Shown: positions 60,944 through 64,000 of the stretch, piece by piece | Position numbering within the stretch: the first letter of the stretch is position 1 | Layout of the letters: every line of letters starts with the position of its first letter | Source: Rhynchopus sp. YZ270_cl-10 | Lineage: Eukaryota | DNA: 64,000 bases | NCBI GenBank assembly: GCA_964035575.1 | Contig: OZ037843.1 | Span: 682,001-746,000 of the forward strand | Direction of reading: 5' to 3' | Program-made: the position numbers and the translations under genes | Notes under the pieces: model-generated | Seen by the model: the letters and a program-made list of their open reading frames with translations, nothing else | Told to the model about the DNA's origin: nothing | The model's database searches: none

Positions 60944-61505
60944 CACCATGGACTCGTAATGACATTACGCGCGTCATGACGAGGTAATTACGAGGGCACC
61001 CCTCGTAATTACGTCGTCATGGCGTGGGCACCCACCCAGGTACCGATTTTGGGCGAGAAAACAAATAATTTTTTTTCTTGGGCCAAAAATCGCTGGTGGA
61101 AAACTCCATCTTTCGATTGAAAATAATATCTTAATCATTTCTTGGGCCAAAAATCGACTTGCCTTTGGTAAAAACCATGAATTTTCGGGTGCGCGAAACC
61201 ACGTTTTAGACCCCCATAGATGCTCAAAAGTGCCAAATTCGGATTTCAATGGCCTCAAACGACGAAATTAGCCCAAAATAGGGGCAAAAAAAAATATTGG
61301 AGAGTCCCTTTCCCTGGGAGGCAATAGCCAGACAGTGATCATGGGAGCACCCCTCGTAATGCCGTCGTCGTGATGAGGAAAACCCCACGCCATGACGTCG
61401 TCATTACGAGGGGGTGCCCGCGTCGTGACGACGTCATTGCGCGCGTAATTTCCCACGTATTTTCCCTCGTCGCTCGTCACGTAATGTCATTACGAGTCCA
61501 TGGTG
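60944..61505. mobile_element. TIR element CACCATGG...CCATGGTG with apparent 2-bp TSD
   Basis: 26-bp perfect TIR CACCATGGACTCGTAATGACATTACG flanked by CA/CA. Empty site at ~49280 in the duplicated block. GTAATTAC/TGACGTCA subterminal words. Confidence 0.9.
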
Positions 61506-61801
61506 CAAGGCAAGTCGCTCCCCCAAAGCGATTGCATTGGATGTCACGTTGCGCGTTTACGAACTGAGCCATGATTGCTCTTAGGGTCCCCGCTATGCTC
61601 CCACGGTAACACTGTGCAAAGTCATAGTTGGTCGTTGTAATAGGCTGGGGTATAAAGAGGTCGTGTGATTTGCCGAGCGGTTGTGAACCGCCTCCGTTCT
61701 CTTACGGTACGGAACACTCACGTCCCACCCTTTGCATGAGCTCGACTGAGATGCGTTTTAGCACGTTTCAACTTCTCTTTTTTTTTTTAGAAAAGAAAGT
61801 A

Positions 61802-61904
61802 CCGACCCTCCCCCGTGAAATTGTCCCCCCCAAAAAAAAACCGGTATTTTGCCCCCACGGACAATTTCAAGGCAGGGGGGGACAATTTCACGGGGGAGGG
61901 TCGG
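61802..61904. mobile_element. TA-flanked MITE, short copy of the 18786 family
   Basis: TIR CCGACCCTCCCCCGTGAAATTGTCCCCCC with TA flanks. Confidence 0.85.
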
Positions 61905-62052
61905 TATATGAAATAATTTTTTTTGATGTGACGCGTGAAAAACGTTTGATATTCGTAACTGTCCTAAAAAGTGAGTGAAATTATATTGGCCGAATTTCAC
62001 TCGATTTTTTGAAAATTTCCAAAATTTCGACCCCTGAGTTGGGGTCTTTGGG

Positions 62053-63381
62053 CACGCATGCGGCTAAATAGTACCTATTTTCCAGATTTTCCTTAACCTA
62101 AATAGACAAATTTACCTGTTTTTATTACCTTGTGGTTTTCGCATTTTTCACATTTTCGAGGCAGGGTACCACCCAAAAGCGGTGTTTCTTGCATTTTTGG
62201 GCCAATCCCAGCCTGTGTTGGGGTCACTTTAAAAAAATGGCCAAAATTTCCATCACTTAAATTTTCGGGAAGTGCCAAGTATCTAGTTTGCAGTAACTTT
62301 TGGCATTATGTTTTTGTGGGGATTTGTCCTCTGGCGGGGGTAGGGGTTGTATATCTACCGACGGGTTGTAGAGGGTTTTGCGAGCATTCACCTCACTGTA
62401 GCAGGTTATTTCGAAAAAAATGGACAAGTTCATGGTTGATACAATTTTTGGCCATTACCACCAGTGAGTTGCTTCACAGGGTAAAATGTAACTATGATTC
62501 TGGGCCACCGCCCCCTCCAAATGCAAAAAGGTCCCAAACCCGGGCGCGCTACGTGTGCCGACCTTTTTGCAGCTTTGGTTAAAGTTGTATTTTTCGGCTG
62601 CAAAATGCAGGCGAAGATATTCGGACCTCTATTTTTTTGCGGAGCAAAAAAATAATATTGATGGCGCCCATAGATGGTAGTCGGCCCGAGTCGGGCCGAG
62701 TTTTTGGAAAATCTGGGAGTCGGGCCGACTCGGGCCGACTCGGGCCGACTTTTTTTTATTTATTTTTTTTTTCAAAAGTCGGGCCGATTCGGGCCGAGTC
62801 GAAAAAAAAAATTTTTTTTAAAAAAAAGTCGGCCCGAGTCGAAAAAAAAACTCGGCCCGAGTCGGCCCGAGTCGGCCCGAGTCAGCCCGTCGCCCCCCCC
62901 ACAGTAAAATCTTTTCCAAAAAAAAAAAAACCAAAAAAAAACAAAACAAAAAAAAAAGAAACCAAAAAAAAAAACCAAAAAAAATTCGACTCGGCCCGAC
63001 TCGGGCCGACTTTTTTTTGAGTCGGGCCGAGTTTTTTCGACTCGGCCCGACTCGGGCCGACCCTGAAAAAAAAATTTTTCAAAAAAAAAATAACGAAAAG
63101 TGGTCGGGCCGAGTCGGCCCGACTCGGCCCGACTACCATCTATGGGCGCCGCAGGCGAAAAAAAATTAGGGTACAGTGTAAAAATGCAGCTTTTACACCA
63201 CAGAGCCACTCAAAGATTGAAATTCCCCTCATAAAAAAGCAGGTATTTTTTTCCTGCCCCCCTATTTTTCCCGTATACAAAAACAGGTAAATTTATTTTA
63301 CCTTCCCCCTTTATAAAAACAGGTAAATTCTTTTTTTATTCTGAAAACCTAAATAGTAAATAGCTTTTAGACTCACGCGTG
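62053..63381. mobile_element. Family A MITE copy 3, 8-bp TSD, with nested insertion
   Basis: TSD TCTTTGGG at 62045-62052 and 63382-63389. Confidence 0.95.
62669..63144. mobile_element. Word-filled MITE (TCGG[C/G]CCGA), 6-bp TSD, nested in family A
   Basis: TIR CATAGATGGTAGTCGG(C/G)CCGAGTCGGGCCGA. TSD GGCGCC at 62663-62668 and 63145-63150. Confidence 0.95.
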
Positions 63382-63869
63382 TCTTTGGGCACCAAATTTT
63401 TTTTTAAAAAACGCAAAATTCGGGTATTTTGACCATCTGGGGTTTCATCAAATACACTTCTGTGAACAGGGAAATAGCTAATGGAATTGTTCGCAGCCTC
63501 TGTCGTGGTGTCGCGGTGTCGGTGTCGCGCGAAGATTGCTCTGCAAGTCGCCACCAGATCCACTTTTATGAAAATAGCGTAGGGGAGAGGACCTCTGGTT
63601 TACGAAATCGTAGACACTCCTGAGCAAAAATGAAGTCTGTTTTTTGACCCAAAATCGGGGTGGGTGGCCATAATTTGCCTGGCCAGTCGAAAATTGGGAT
63701 TTTTCTGAAATTTCAGAAATTTTGTTCCAGCTGGTGCTCCAGGGAGGGTCGATATTGACAGGTCGCTGACAGGTCGTTGCCATAAGGGGGGGGGGTCATT
63801 TTTTAACGGCCCTTAGCGATTTTTTGGTGGGACACACACACACAGACACACGGTGGCCCATACGGCCCT

Positions 63870-63980
63870 CAGGGTACACGACGACTGAAGTAACGGGTGT
63901 TATATGTGGTATTACATGTAACTTTTGTTACATGTAGTACATGTAATATAACATGTACTACATGTAAGTTACATGTGGTA
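63870..63980. repeat. TACATGTA word-filled block at the window edge
   Basis: About six ACATGT palindromes after a CAGGG start. The end is not resolved. Confidence 0.6.
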
Positions 63981-64000
63981 CAGGTGGCGAAATCAGGTAG

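Overview
Eukaryotic (protist-like) genomic DNA, gene-poor and extremely repeat-rich. A euglenozoan, possibly diplonemid, origin is inferred but unverified: the genes are intron-poor, all on one strand, and preceded by pyrimidine-tract/AG acceptors. Seven credible genes, all on the + strand: a Cys/His zinc-binding polyQ protein (11615-12946), a PhoD-family phosphatase (35437-36732), three tandem ubiquitin-like + WD40 paralogs (37875, 39658, 45142), a type I membrane protein (41257-42432), and the 5' part of a probable membrane receptor (46950-47612). The rest is a dense, nested mosaic of non-autonomous TIR elements (MITE-like). Their termini and target-site duplications (2, 4, 5, 6, 8, 9 bp) can be read directly, several with an empty-site copy elsewhere in the window. 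Notable patterns: (i) many elements are filled with their own short palindromic word (CCAGATCTGG, CTAAGATCTTAG, CAAGTACTTG, TCGG[C/G]CCGA, CACGGCCGTG, TACATGTA); (ii) three elements carry perfect 7-9 bp satellite cores; (iii) internal modules are shared between elements with unrelated termini; (iv) there are decayed tyrosine-recombinase-like, RecQ-like, retrotransposon zinc-knuckle and 18S rRNA fragments; (v) several short dispersed repeat families lie almost all in gene orientation. Family names come from motif recognition only, with no database search.
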